Of a DNA stretch of 64,000 bases, positions 11,900-25,075 are shown one piece after another. The translations under genes and the position numbers were made by a program. A model generated the notes under the pieces. It made no database searches. It had not been told where the DNA came from and saw only the letters and a list, made by a program, of their open reading frames with translations. The DNA is from Octopus sinensis. Lineage: Eukaryota. Positions within the stretch are counted from its first letter, which is position 1. The number at the start of each line of letters is the position of its first letter. The stretch lies in contig NC_043003.1 of NCBI RefSeq assembly GCF_006345805.1, forward strand, positions 79,546,001-79,610,000. Direction: 5' to 3'.

Positions 11900-12612
11900 T
11901 CAAGGCACACAACATTGTCGATGTTTGCGAAGGCTGAAACGAAGAAACAGCGTACTTCCGTGAAATTCTGTTTTCTACTGGGGAAAAGGCGGCCGAAACA
12001 GTTGTTATTTTTGTTATGCTTCAAAAAGCTTACATAAGCAAAACACAAGTTTAGGAGTGGTTTTCAAGCTTTAGGAATGGTCACTTGTCGCTTGAAGACC
12101 AACCTCGTTTAGGGCGGCCTTCGACCTTACCGAACGAATGAAGGCATCATGAAAATTCATGAACTGATCTTGGAGGACCGTCAACGATCAATTGACTAAC
12201 TTGCTGATATGACTGGCAGGTCCTGGAGCTCCTGCCAACAAATTTTGAGCGCGGAAATGAAAGTGAAATGACATGCAGCAAAATTTGTGCCTCACTTACT
12301 CACGGAAGACCAAAGGACAGTTTGAAGTTGATCCGGACCATTTTTCGAAGGTTAACATTGGCGACGAAAACTAGTGCTAGGGAATTTGCAAATGTGGAAA
12401 AGGTGAAAAAAAAAAAAAAAAAAAATGACGCAGGCGTTAAAAGGCATCTCTTCACAAGAGATCCAGCACTGTTTTGAAAAGAGGAAAACGAGTCTAGATC
12501 GATGCATTGCTTCAAATGGAGAATACTTTGAAGGAGATAAAAGTGTAAACATGTAAATCTTAGTGAAAAAAATAATATTGTAAAATTCTGGTTGCTTTTG
12601 AGTCCCCCCTTG
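11900..12612 (+). mobile_element. Degenerate, internally deleted mariner
   Basis: Fragments WFSSFRNGHLSLEDQPRLGRPS and KGISSQEIQHCFEK...DRCIASNGEYFEGD; right TIR-like aaaattctggttgcttttgagtcccccct. Left TIR not found. Confidence 0.75.
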
Positions 12613-12625
12613 TGTGTGTGTGTGA

Positions 12626-12708
<83 letters not shown>

Positions 12709-12719
12709 GTATATAAATA

Positions 12720-14748
12720 CAGTATCTCAGAGCACAGAAGCATGTACATCCCTAAAACATTTCACTAAAATTGCCATTACTCTGATAATATCGAAGTAAG
12801 TCAAACGAAATTTATGGTGAATAAAAAAAAAATTACACATGCAAATATTATACAAGTTTGGAACAAAAAACAATAAACATTTTTAAAGATATGAACAAAA
12901 CATTAATTTTCAAACGATACAAAAATATGTAGACCCTAAAGGATTATTTGCTATATCCAATATTTGATGTGATCACCCTTGCTTTCAATAACTGCATTAA
13001 AGTCTTCTGGGCATAGAGTCGACTAAATTTCCGCATATAACTGATGAAAACGATCTCCATCCTGAATGATGTCTTTCATTTGTGTTACATTGCGGTGTTT
13101 TTTCTCTTCAACCTTCCTTTTCAAAACACCCCACAGATGTTCTATTGGGTTTAAATTAGGTGACATCATAAACCTAAGCAATACCTTTACCTTTTTCTCT
13201 GACAGAAACTTGGTCGTCATCTTTGAAGTCTCTTTAGAGTCATTATCATGGAACACGGAATGTCTTCTTAGTTCCTTGATGCCTTTCACATTGTTTTCTG
13301 CAATATGTCACTATAAAGATTTGAATCTATTTTTCTCTTAATAAATGTGAGTCCTTCCACACCAGCTGCACTCATGCATCCCCAAGGCATAACACTTTCA
13401 CGGTAGGCACGGTGCATTTGTCTCTATTATCTTCACCAGATCGTAGCCATACTCTTTGAATACGATCTGACCCAAACAAGTTGATTTTAGTCCCGCCAGA
13501 GAAAAGAATTTTATTCCAAAACTCCTCCTTACTTACGTAGATTTCTGCAAAAGAAAGATGACTTGATTTATGCCTGGTAGTGAAGAGAGGCTTCCTACGA
13601 GGAATGCGTCCATGAAGACCACACTGGTTCAAACTGCGACGAACTGTTTGGGCGGATTAACAGAAGACACTTTCCATTAACAGAAGACACTTCTTGGGCC
13701 AGAGATGAAACTGTACGACGCCTGTCGTCTGTCATGCAAAGTCTATCATGCAACGTGGCGAATATCACGTGCGACCTAGATGGTGTTTATTGCTTAGCTG
13801 TCCAGTAGCTTTGAACTTCTGAATTACTTTGGCAACTGTGTTTACGCTAATATACTCTTTTTACTCTTTTACTTGTTTCAGTCATTTGACTGCGGCCATG
13901 CTGGAGCTCCGCCTTCAATCGAGCAACTCGACCCCGGGATTTATTCTTTTGTAAGCCCAGTACTTATTCTATCGGTCTCTTTTTGCCGAACCGCTAAGTA
14001 ACGGGGACATAAACACACCAGCATCGGTTGTCAAGCAATGCTAGGGAGACAAACACAGACACACAAACACATAGACACACATACATATATATATATAGAT
14101 ACATATATACGACAGGCTTCTTTCAGTTTCCGTCTACCAAATCCACTCACAAGGCATTGGTCGGCCCGGGGCTATAGCAGAAGACACTTGCCCAAGATGC
14201 CACGCAGTGGGACTGAACCCGGAACCATGTGGCTGGTTAGCAAGCTACTTACCACACAGCCACTCGTTTGCTAATTAACTTGTATCCTAAACCATTCTTG
14301 AGTAAATTAAAAATAATTTCTTCAAATCTTCAGACAATTCTTTTCCTTTTGGTGCCATTCTAATCACAATGAAGAAAATTTTCACTACGGTACACAAATC
14401 AGAATTCCTACAGATGCAATAACAATTACTGGTGCAAAAATGCCAGGAGAAATAATTTATTAGAATTGAAATTATCAGCAATATCGGAATTAATTAAAAA
14501 AAGTGGAAAAAAATGTTGAATATAGCAAATTTTCTTTAGGATGTACATATTTTTGTAACGTTTGAAAATTAATATTTCGTTCATATCTTTGAAAATGTTT
14601 ATTGTTTTGTGTTCCAAATTTGTATAATGTTTGCATGTATAATATATTTTATTCAGCATAAATTTAATTTTATTTGCTTCGATGTTATCAAAGTAATGAC
14701 AATTTTACTGAATTTTTTGGTGGGTGTACATACTTCTATGAAATACTG
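12720..14748 (-). mobile_element. Tc1-family (DD34E) transposon with long IR/DR-type TIRs, transposase pseudogene, interrupted by a SINE
   Basis: About 245-bp inverted repeats (12720-12965 / about 14505-14748) bounded by TA. Start MAPKGKELSEDLK at 14358; GRIPRRKP; HDND-x-SPNLNPIEHLW gives D34E spacing. Confidence 0.9.
13853..14266 (-). mobile_element. SINE family B inserted in the Tc1 transposase
   Basis: Typical family B head, internal microsatellite and tail. Confidence 0.9.
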
Positions 14749-14867
14749 TAAATACATATACACACGCGAACTTTAGGTTAAAATATGTTTGCGATACATT
14801 TCAACTTCTAAAAGCAAATTCACTATCACTCCATCCATCCATCCATCCATCCGCCCGTCCGTCTGTT

Positions 14868-14869
14868 TG

Positions 14870-14944
<75 letters not shown>
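14868..14944. repeat. (TCTA)n microsatellite
   Basis: Direct reading. Confidence 0.95.
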
Positions 14945-14945
<1 letters not shown>

Positions 14946-16249
14946 AAATAAATGGGTGAATGTAGCAAGGATGGCACTTATGAATGACGAAGCCTCCTTG
15001 ACTATGATCCTATGAACCGTAAAAATTAATACAGGGAGTTGCTTATTTGTAAAAAAAAATATAACATGTGACTTCATTGACCGAGGTTACCGTCGTCTTT
15101 TCCGTAGGCTTTTCTTTCCACGGGTAAACCTCACCTGTCCCCCCCTTTACACTTTATATTGACATTTCTGTGATAACGATCCCTATTGATCGATTTTTTT
15201 CTTTTTCCTTTTATTTTTGATCTCCACCCTTTTTTTTTGCTTTCCTCTTTCTTTCCTTTTACGATCCCTGATGATCGAAAACCAAACTCCCTTTTTTTTT
15301 TATCCCCAAAACGAAAAGCTCTACCTTGTAATTTGTCCCGTCTGTGTGCAGCCCTGTGTGGCTATAACGTCGACTTTCTGTGCAACATTTTATGGTTATT
15401 AGTCAATATAATCCCACGCACCCACTTCTATTTCGCCTCAGTGGCACTCGACACACCAGTCGACATTATCTCTCTTTTCCATCTACTTCTCAACCTTTCT
15501 CTTCTCTTATCTGTTTCTATTAGCCATCTCTATCCATCTGCAGCATTTCTCTCTTTACTACTTTCCATTCTTTCTCTGTCTACCTCTATCAACTACTTGC
15601 TGATTATCTTTTTCCCCTTCTTTCATCGCACCTCCTCTTTCTTCGTACTTGCTCTTCTTCAAACCTTCCCTACCCCTCTCAGTTGGCCTTCTTCCCTTCA
15701 CTTTTTGGTGCCACATGACCATCCAGATTTTTTATCACCCATCCTTTTTCTACTTGACTAGTGTCTAGTACGACTTGGTTTTTTTCAGCTCCTGCCAAGC
15801 ATTCATTTCAGGTCCTCGGTTTTTTTTTATCATTTCAGTTTTCAATTTCATTCTTTCTTTTCTTTCCTTCTGTCTTTATTCTCTTCTATCCCGTCTTCCT
15901 ATCCTTCTGATCCCTCTCATCGAACCTTTGGAATACAAGTGCTATATTCTTTTTTCTTATTTTTCGTCTTGTAGTGTCCCGCAGTTTGAAATAATTGCAA
16001 TTTGTATTTTCACTACTTAAGTTTGCTTCGCTTGGTATATCTCCGAAATAAAACATTTTAATACAAAAAATGTACTTCACATTATTTCACATACAATACG
16101 TTACCCGTTTAATTCAAATCAGGCATTCGCAAATGTATATCATGCTGTTTTTAGTTTTTTACAAAGTGTATGTTCCCGTCAAACTCTTTGCCGAACTCTC
16201 AAGTTTTGGTGGAAGGCCGAAGTTAGGGGACTGGTGATTATAGTCATGA

Positions 16250-17420
16250 TGAGGCACGCATTTATGACAGGCTGCACTTCATTTCATGTGGGTAAAGATT
16301 AAAAATTTCACTTCTGCTGGGAGCACTTTAAAATCGCTCTTTTCTCACCCAGGCATAATCTGCACTTCCTGCTGCCTATTGAAGTACACTTTACATTTCT
16401 CTAGAATCTTTCTCTTTATGCTGTACTCGGTGGCGCTTTCTTTCAATGACCATACGTGCTTGCCAGGGTTGTAGCGTTACGTCTCTCCAGGATGTTGAAA
16501 GAAGACTTGTATTATAGCAGGTTCTGAAGGGGTCTTCTGTTGCTCCTACGCACTTCCGCAAGTTTGGTTGCCCATTTGGTCCTTTGCTGTTACCTCTACC
16601 TCGTATACAACGAATTCCGCGTTACAGCGGCTGTTCAGTGTAAACGTGTGTTACCTCTACATGAGCAGTATATTAAAATCTCTTTGGTTGAAGACAAGTT
16701 GAAGATTTTTCTGCTGACACCCTTTACGAGGTTCCTGAAAACTATGGTTGGATGAGAGGAACCTGTGTTAATATCTGACAGCTTCTCATTCGGCTTCCTA
16801 AAGGGTTTATAGGCACTGGACTCTAAGTCCAGGGTCATATCAAGGACATCAACCGTTTTCAGGTTGGTTTCTATCGCGACCTTCAGTCCAAAGGAATTCA
16901 CGGTACTGATGAAGTTCTTTCTAAGCTTATCTAGCATGTGACCATTTGCCCTTCTTGATATTGCAGGCGAATCATCCCCGTGGAGGTCAAAGCTAGTGGA
17001 AGGGAGCTTCTTTCTGAGTACATCTAGAACGAAGAAACCAACGAGGTCGCACACGTCAGCACCGTCGAAAGCGCCCTTTGAAAACTGAAGATGGTTTAAG
17101 TTCAACTAAAGGTAATTTCGTAGTCTACTATACAGGGAGGAGCTATTTAATGAAATTTCTTGCAGGAGACATTGAAAATCATCTGGAACTTTGGAGTCTG
17201 TATGCCTAATAAAGCATCCACCACAGCTACGTTAACTAACTCGTTCTGTAAGATATCAAGCTGGATTACGAGATTCTTCTGAGAAGTAGAGATCCGGCAG
17301 TAATGTTGAAAACATTGTCTCATTTTTCTTATCGTATACACTACTGATGTGGGTATGACCCCGTGGTTAAATTCTCATCAGAAGCAGGTAGCTCTAAGTT
17401 CGATCATGCAAGGTAACAGT
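16250..17420 (-). mobile_element. Penelope-like element, Naiad/Chlamys-type RT plus GIY-YIG, internally deleted pseudogene
   Basis: RT motifs GAFDGADVCDLVG, DLHGDD and YKPFRKPN...SSHP. Frameshifted GIY-YIG: CSCR..VVYEVEV..VGATEDPF..KHVWSLKE..KCRLCLGEK. Confidence 0.85.
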
Positions 17421-17455
17421 GAACACTTGTATCATCAATTGCAAAATAAACAAAA

Positions 17456-17490
<35 letters not shown>

Positions 17491-17871
17491 AGAAAGAAAG
17501 AAAGAAGAAAGAAATAAAGAAAGAAAAAAGCTCCCTGTACCCTAAATATTCTTGAACAAATATAATTACTAGAAAAATAGCAGCACTCTTACATTAGGAA
17601 CGGCTTCAGTAATTGATCTAAATTTTGGGGGTCTCAAAACTAACTCTGTGTTTTGATTTCTAGTTTCCTCGAAATCAAGTACCAAACGATGTCTGCTTTC
17701 AAAAAGAATGTCCTTGAAGTCAGGGGTAGTGGTGATGGTGGTGGTGGTAGGGTACTATTCTTAAAACGAAATATCTTGTAGTCAGTGGGTGTAGTTTCTT
17801 GAATCTCCAAACACTGAAACGCAACTCTCTAGAATGCAGAAGAGAGAAGCACACTATTATTTATTCTGAAA

Positions 17872-18005
17872 TGCCGGATGGAATGGCTTGCCGTAATTCG
17901 TCCAGCTCTCTCCGTTCTGATTTCAAATCTTACCGGATCCATATTTTCCTTTAATCCATCCAGAGTCGATAAATAAAGCACCAGTCAAATTCTTGGAGTC
18001 GATAT
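17872..18005 (+). mobile_element. Highly diverged SINE family A fragment
   Basis: ccgttctgatttcaaatcttacc...gagtcgataaataaagcaccagt. Confidence 0.55.
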
Positions 18006-19710
18006 TCTTTCCTTCTCTAACACACTCTCTACGTCTCTTTCTGTCTCGCCTTTTCTCTCTTATTCGCTCTCGCTTGCATTCTTTTTTATCACACCCTCTC
18101 CGATTCACTTACATAAAGGGGTAACGAAATGAGTAGTCTTATCGTGGCCCCAACAATTCTTTTACCGGCCCTCTATGAGCTGAATGAGAAAGAAAGCTTA
18201 ATACTGGAAGATTAATGGGTAGGAAAGTACCAAACTTTTTTATCCACCATCGAATAAATATAAGAACAGGAAATTAAAATGGCAACTCCCAAAGAGCTCA
18301 TACAACGATTATGAAGAATTAAAGCAATATATTACAGACCATGTGCTTCGTGGAGGAGATTTAACAAGGCCAAAACATGTCCTTTGCGTTCATCAGTTGG
18401 CCTTAAGAACTAGAAGCACTCGAGTCTGCTTTGTCTATATTGTTAAAAAAATTCCATCCCATGCTTGCTGATTTAAAATTTTATACATACTTAGCGGCGT
18501 TTAAAATCTAATTAGTAGCAAGTAAATGAGGTTTTTGTCTACTAATTGCATGGATGATCTCATCTGATTTTATTTTTATCTCGCTTCATAACACACGTGA
18601 CACCTGACTTAAAGTAATGAGGAATTTGATAATGCTTCCTGTTGGACATTTCAAATATAAACAGGGCAGGATGTACTTGACAATATAGTAAGACTACTGT
18701 TTGTTTGTTTGTTTGTAGTTGTTGTTGTTGTTGCTGCTGCTGTTGTGTTGTTGTTGTTGTTGTTGTTGTTGCTCCGATCGAGCAGGCCTACGATCAAGAA
18801 CATTCAAACTGCTACATCCCCGTGTTTCTTTTCAGTACTTCTGGACTTCCTTTCGAATATGTTTTTTTTCAAAAAGGTATCCGTTGTTTGAAGAAGAATT
18901 GTGACAATTTTTTATCAAGTTGTGCGATCACATAGAGCCTCCCTCGCTTGCTTATGATCATGAAGTACACTTCAACATGACACTGTTGTTTAACTCCCCG
19001 GGCCAGCCCTGACTGAAAAGACTCATATTGGAAGGTATTTGAACTGTGACCTTCTAGTATTTTTGCATATCTAAGACTACACAGCAATTTATCCTTCCTT
19101 TTTTTCAGACGACAAGGTGTGATTTAAAGGAATTTAACTACTCTTTCTTGTGCAACTTCAAACTATTCTCCTCTATTCTTATTTGGTACAAATGATAAAA
19201 TCATTTCACTGATCTTTCAACTTTCCAGTATCTAGTTTATTGAAGATACGTCTTATACATTTTGGTTCAATGATGTTTTTCAACTCCACAAAGGATTAAC
19301 ATACCGACTTCATATTTCTAATTCAGGTACTCTACGTAAACAAGTAATTCTATCGTTGTTATCGACCTTACGGTCATTTAAGACTATCAATGTAACCATC
19401 TTCCTATGCTGTTGTTTAACTCTAGATCTCCCTTCGTTGAGTAGATTTATGACTAGAAGGATTCTAGCTTTGGCTAGATTACTTAATTTGATTTGATTAT
19501 ATTTAACTCCTGTTTCTAGTAGCCACATAGAAGCGGCCATGCTGACTTGCCTTTATATTTGCCATTTTAGTTGTGTGTGTAATTTCTCATCTCGTTTCTT
19601 GGTTGTTCATTAGAGACAGAGAACCAAGTGCAGGGTTGACTCTTTTGAATGTTACTGTCTAAGGCTACTACTTCCTTCAAACTTTTCACCGAAGATCAGT
19701 CCCTGTTGGC

Positions 19711-19938
19711 TTTACTCTTTTACTCTTTTACTTGTTTCAGTCATTTGATTGCGGCCATGCTGGAGCACCGCCTTTAAACGAGCAACTCGACCCCGGGACT
19801 TATTCTTTTTGTAAGCCCAGTACTTATTCTATCGGTCTCTTTTGCCGAACCGCTAAGTGACGGGGACATAAACACACCAGCATCGGTTGTCAAGCAATGC
19901 TAGGGGACAAACACAGACACACAAACTCACACACGCAT

Positions 19939-19994
<56 letters not shown>

Positions 19995-20164
19995 CATATA
20001 TACGACGGGCTTCTTTCAGTTTCCGTCTACCAAATCCACTCACAAGGCTTTGGTTGGCCCGAGGCTATAGTAGAAGACACTTACCCAAGGTGCCACGCAG
20101 TGGGACTGAACCCGGAACCATGCGGTTGGTAGACAAGCTACTTACCACACAGCCACTCCTGCGC
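19711..20164 (-). mobile_element. SINE family B, full length
   Basis: Reverse complement of the 9938 copy, with internal (TA)n. Confidence 0.9.
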
Positions 20165-20389
20165 TTTGGTTCCGATTTTATAAGAACAAGTACACGAGAT
20201 ATCAGTACATGCTCTTAAAGAGTCTCCAATTGATCAGATGATAAATCAAGTAGAACATGAAGATACGGGTGGGATTTTGGTTTCATATTTCTGATTCGCT
20301 ATTGTAAGAAAGTGGTAACATTGTAGAACCAACGAGTCCTTTATTAGTTTATTGGATGCATTTTGTTTGTATATATGGATTTAATTTGG

Positions 20390-20588
20390 ATAGAGATGAG
20401 CCAAAAGTGGGAGCCTGTACGTGGTCACTCAACCTACCAGAAACAACAGTTAAATCTTTCTGAAATCGCATTCTATCAGTTTAAGTAGTAAAATGATGCA
20501 CTAGATAAACTTAAAAAACTTAGGTGGCCCGGTCTGGAATGCCTTTTGATCTCAGGTCCTCTAAATCATGATCGATCAAGGGTTAAAT
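20390..20588 (+). repeat. Diverged interspersed repeat (family D); related fragments on the minus strand near 18765, 18985 and 19405
   Basis: Shared 3' motif gg..tggaatgccttttgatc....ggtc...gatca.gg.ttaaa, seen reversed next to (GTT)n tracts. Confidence 0.4.
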
Positions 20589-20734
20589 CAGGTACAGGTA
20601 TCCCTTTTCAAGAAGCGGGCTGCATGATACATGACTCATCATCTGGCGGGGCCACTCTGCTAAAAAATACAAAGTAAATTTTTATAAGGCGTGCCATTTA
20701 GAAAGTCCCGCAGGCCGTATGTTGTCCATGGCTG
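20589..20734. mobile_element. About 146-bp hAT-type MITE (second copy at 34060-34204)
   Basis: Right end cccgcaggccgtatgttgtccatggctg; internal aggcgtgccatt shared with the 34-kb copy; degenerate 8-bp flanks ggttaaat / agctaaac. Confidence 0.5.
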
Positions 20735-20924
20735 AGCTAAACAATATAACCCAACCCCGACCACCACCACTACCTCCACCAATAATAACAGCAGCAACAG
20801 TCACTCAGATAGCTTTGTGCTCCGCCTAACTGTCCGCTCCTCGCTTCTGATTATCTTCTCGAAGTGCAGTCTTCGTTAGTAGAAGTATGAAATAATAGAG
20901 TATTGGTTATACGTATATCAATAT

Positions 20925-21157
20925 AAGGCGGCGAGCTGGCAGAAACGTTAGCACGCCGGGCGAAATGCGTAGCCGTATTTCGTCTGCCGTTACGTTCTGA
21001 GTTCAAATTCCGCCGAGGTCGACTTAGCCTTTCATCTTTTCGGGGTCTATAAATTAAGTACCAGTTACGCCCTGGGGTCAATGTAATCAACTTAATCCGT
21101 TTGTCTGTCCTTGTTTGTACCCTCTGTGTTTAGCCCCTTGTGGGTAGTAAAGAAATA
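20925..21157 (+). mobile_element. SINE family A (tail A) with 17-bp TSD
   Basis: TSD tatacgtatat(c/t)aatat at 20908-20924 and 21158-21174. Confidence 0.92.
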
Positions 21158-21551
21158 TATACGTATATTAATATGTTGTAGTAGGATTTTGGTTAATGTG
21201 ATTAACACCATGTATGTAGTAGAATTTGGACTAGCAGAGTGTATTGATCAGATGGTATCTTTCCGTTCACTGTTATATTAAAGGAAGGTTTCATAACATA
21301 ATGGAGCAGATAATTCTCACACACTTTGAATATTGTAAGATATAGTTTTAGCAGTGGAATGTTTAATAGAATTCTTGCAGCATGAAGATTACGGTATGTA
21401 TAGGATTATGCATATAAGCAAATAAGGAAAATATCTCCGCTAAATATTTTGCAGACACCAAGGTTGTGTTACGTCGAGCTTAATTTCACCATAGTATAAA
21501 ACAAAGACTGAAAAACTGATGATGATGATGATGATGGTGGTGGTGATGGTG

Positions 21552-21598
<47 letters not shown>

Positions 21599-22071
21599 GC
21601 AGAGTTAGTTAAGCAGCTTCGAGTATATTTGGAATTTGCTCCTTCTTGTTATTAATCTGCACAAAGATCATATTTTAAAAGATGTAAACCAGATAGAGCT
21701 GCAGAAGTTACTAAATCTCGTTAGTGACTAAGGTGAATACATACAACTTTTACTATTGCTATGTAATAAATAATCTTGAGTAGATATTTGTCATTCCGGT
21801 TTTAAATTTCCTAAACTTAAAACCAGAAAAGACTGAAACTATCGATTTCCTTCTTAGGTACAAGACCGACTGGAGGGAGAGAAGAAGAAGAGAGAGAAGT
21901 GTGTGTGTGTGTGTGTGTGTAGTGGTCGATTGTTTTCCAGTATATGTATCCAGTATTTACTAAACCGGTCGATACGGCTATAGTTTGTAGAATGTCAGTG
22001 ATAATGTGTTGTGAAAGTGGACATGGCAGAATCGGTTGCAGTAGAAGATTTTAATATTTAGAGTTAGTTAA

Positions 22072-22262
22072 GGTGGCGTGGTGGCAGAATCGGTACCATG
22101 CCAGACGAAATGCTTAGTGGCATTGTCCGTCTTCGCGTTCTGAGTTCATATTTCGCCGATGTCGACTTTGTCTTACATCCTTTCGAAGTCGACAAAATAA
22201 GTACCAGTCGAGCACTGAGGTCCATGCAATGGACTTGCATCCTGCCAAAATTTGAAACCAAT
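22072..22262 (+). mobile_element. Diverged SINE family A (tail B)
   Basis: aaggtggcgtggtggcagaatcgg ... cctgccaaaatttgaaacc. Confidence 0.75.
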
Positions 22263-22409
22263 ATTTGAAGTTAGTTTGGGCTCATCAAAAATGATTTAGG
22301 TGTTCGGTCTGCGGACATAACGCTGTGGACACAACAGGGTAAGAACTGTTAACCTCTTTGTTGGATGTCCAATACTGACTCGATTAAGTCAGTGGTCGAC
22401 TTATTATTT

Positions 22410-22807
<398 letters not shown>

Positions 22808-23037
22808 TCGACAGGTATGCGATAAGGAAGAAAGAAAAGTCGAGAGATATGACAGGTAAGCTTCGGAAGTTAAGCAGTCGTGGTCGATGAAAAATGGTAG
22901 CAGTGGTACCAATAATTGTTGGAGCCCTGGAAAAGTGAGCAAAAATCTCGAGAAGTAACTGGAACAAATAGAGGATGCAATAAGGGTGGAGCACTTGCAG
23001 AAAACAGCACTGCTTGGAACCGCTCCAATACTCCGAT
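22808..23037 (+). mobile_element. R4/Dong-type LINE fragment (restriction-like endonuclease C-terminus)
   Basis: Translates in pieces to DKEERKVERY...WSMK..AVVPIIVGA...EHLQKTALLGTAPILR, homologous to the 47938-48366 ORF. Confidence 0.7.
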
Positions 23038-23196
23038 CACATTGACCTCAGTGTTCAACTGGTACTTACTTTACCGATCCTGCAAGGATAAATGGCTAAG
23101 TCGACCTCGGCGGAATTTGATCTTAGAATGTGAAGACGGACAAAATGCTGCTAAGTATTTTTCCCGGTCTACTAATGTTTCTGCCTGCTCGCCGTC
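23037..23196 (-). mobile_element. Diverged SINE family A fragment
   Basis: tggtacttactttaccgatcc...gtcgacctcggcggaatttga. Confidence 0.7.
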
Positions 23197-23209
23197 TTAA
23201 TAGTAAAAC

Positions 23210-23270
<61 letters not shown>

Positions 23271-24224
23271 CATGATCATGATGAAGAAGAAGAAGAAGAA
23301 GAAGAAGAAGAAGAAGAAATGTATCGTCAAAAAGAAATGTATCGTCTGCGTATTGTTAAAGACATTCCTTTTATTTGCAGTTTCAAATGAAGCAGGGAAT
23401 TTCATACCAAAAGTCAAAAGCACCTTCTGACAGTCCGACTTTTTATTGGTATTTTTAGCTTCAAATCAGCTACAATCTGTCCGTTTATTACGAAGACTTC
23501 TAACACGCCACAATCGAAAGCTGCTTTATTATTTCTATGATAAATTGAAAAAAAAAAAGAAAAAAAGAAAAAAAAAATGAAAAAAAAAAAAAAGATCTTC
23601 CTGTACTGAATGCTGAATTGCCGAATTATCTCATCAATTTGTCTGTTCATTTGTCCTTACCAACATTAGCACAGTTTTGATGGTATTATTATCCTCCTTT
23701 TGACAGCAGGATTTAACATTCTAGAAGATATTCAGCCGTACGCTAATACTGTCATATCTCCAGTGCAATCGAATCTCAAGGAATTATATTATAACGATAT
23801 TACTTTTCATTCTTTGGTAAAGTAGAATTATGCTACAACGTCTTGAATATATGAATTGTAAAGTACGAAATATAAAAAAAAAGCTTTACAGTACATACGT
23901 TATAAAATGATTAGCAGGGGCTATTGATTTTCTAACATTATTTCTTTTGAATTATTTGATAACCATCAGTTTAGTCGTTCGTCTCATTCAGATAAACAAT
24001 CAACTAGTTTTTAGTAATCCGTCACGATTTCTTTATTAAAATACATAATCCAATGAATGACGTCACTCAACATATTAATTGGCACGTAGGAACACATTAA
24101 TACAAACACATGTACTACGCGTAGCACATGTATATGATTCATTTATTTGAAAAGAAGTAATATACATCGCATTTAACTTGTCACTTCTAAATAAAACTAA
24201 TGAGGTTTATTATTTAGATTAAAC

Positions 24225-24628
24225 AAGGCAGTGAGCTGGCAAAATCGTTAGCACGCCGGGTAAAATGCGTAGCCGTATTTCGTCTGTCGTTACGTTCTGA
24301 GTTCAATTTCCACCGAGGTCGACTTTGTCTTTCATCCTTTCGGGGTCGATTAAATCAGTACCCTTTTACGCACTGGAGTCGATATAATCGACTTAATCGT
24401 TTGTCTGTCCTTGTTTGTCCTCTCTGTGTTTAGCCCCTTGTGGGTGGTAAGGAATAGGTATTTCGTCTGTGGTTACGTTCTGAGTTCAAATTCCGCCGAG
24501 GTCGACTTTGCCTTTCATCCTTCCGGGTTCGATAAATAAAGTACCAGTTTCGCACTAATCGACTTAATCCGTTTGTCTGTCCTTGTTTGTCCTCTCTGTG
24601 TTTAGCCCCTTGTGGCTAGTAAAGAATT
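24225..24628 (+). mobile_element. Dimeric SINE family A (tail A + tail A)
   Basis: The first monomer ends at ggaata (24456) and runs directly into ggtatttcgtctg of a head-less second monomer. Confidence 0.9.
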
Positions 24629-24629
24629 A

Positions 24630-25075
24630 TACGTGCTGCTGCTTTCAGTTTTCGTATTTTCCAGTGGTGTTCTCTGTCTTTTAGTTTAACTTCATCCCAT
24701 AGGGGGAGGTGGTCTCCGTTTTTCCATACATGATCAGATATACCAGATTTAAGAATATCTCCTCATGTCACAGCTTTGCGATGTTCGTCTACCTTTATTT
24801 TGAGGGGTGACATGTTTCGCCTTTGTATAACCTACCACAGCCGAATAGGATGGAGTACACGCAGTCTTTGGTCATATTCTCTTCTATTGGTGGTTTTACT
24901 CGAAGGAGATATTTGCAGAGTGTTCTATTACTTTTGAATACTGTCCTGATGTCATATGGGCCTCATATCTTTTGTACCTTTACGGAGAGGACTTTCAAAT
25001 AGGGTGAACGTCATTTCTTTTAGCTTCAAGTCCTGAGTTCAACGCAAGTTGGGCAGTAGGTTCGTTGTAATTGCC
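24630..25075 (-). mobile_element. Penelope/Poseidon-type PLE fragment (GIY-YIG)
   Basis: Frame reads CVYSILFGCGRLYKGETCHPLKIKVDEHRKAV*GDILKSGISDHVWKNGDHLPLWDEVKLKDREHHWKIRKLK. Confidence 0.8.

Noticed and set aside
15186-15761. 191-aa plus-strand ORF
   Set aside because: F/L/S-rich product of a pyrimidine-rich strand, with a non-ATG start and no motif.
16630-16670. TGA in the Naiad Cys-rich region as a possible selenocysteine codon
   Set aside because: It lies at a frameshift and is out of frame with the downstream LNSRC..VVY sequence; neighbouring Cys codons are TGT/TGC, and no SECIS could be supported.
23410-23720. Two minus-strand splice-bounded segments (MLNPAVKKEDNNTIKTVLML|GTAAGG and NNKAAFDCGVLEVF...)
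   Set aside because: Phases are incompatible when joined (immediate stop), and there is no homology evidence.
24225-24628. Repeated units that could be mistaken for a CRISPR-like or satellite array
   Set aside because: They are SINE monomers in a eukaryotic context, with no constant repeat plus unique spacer pattern.
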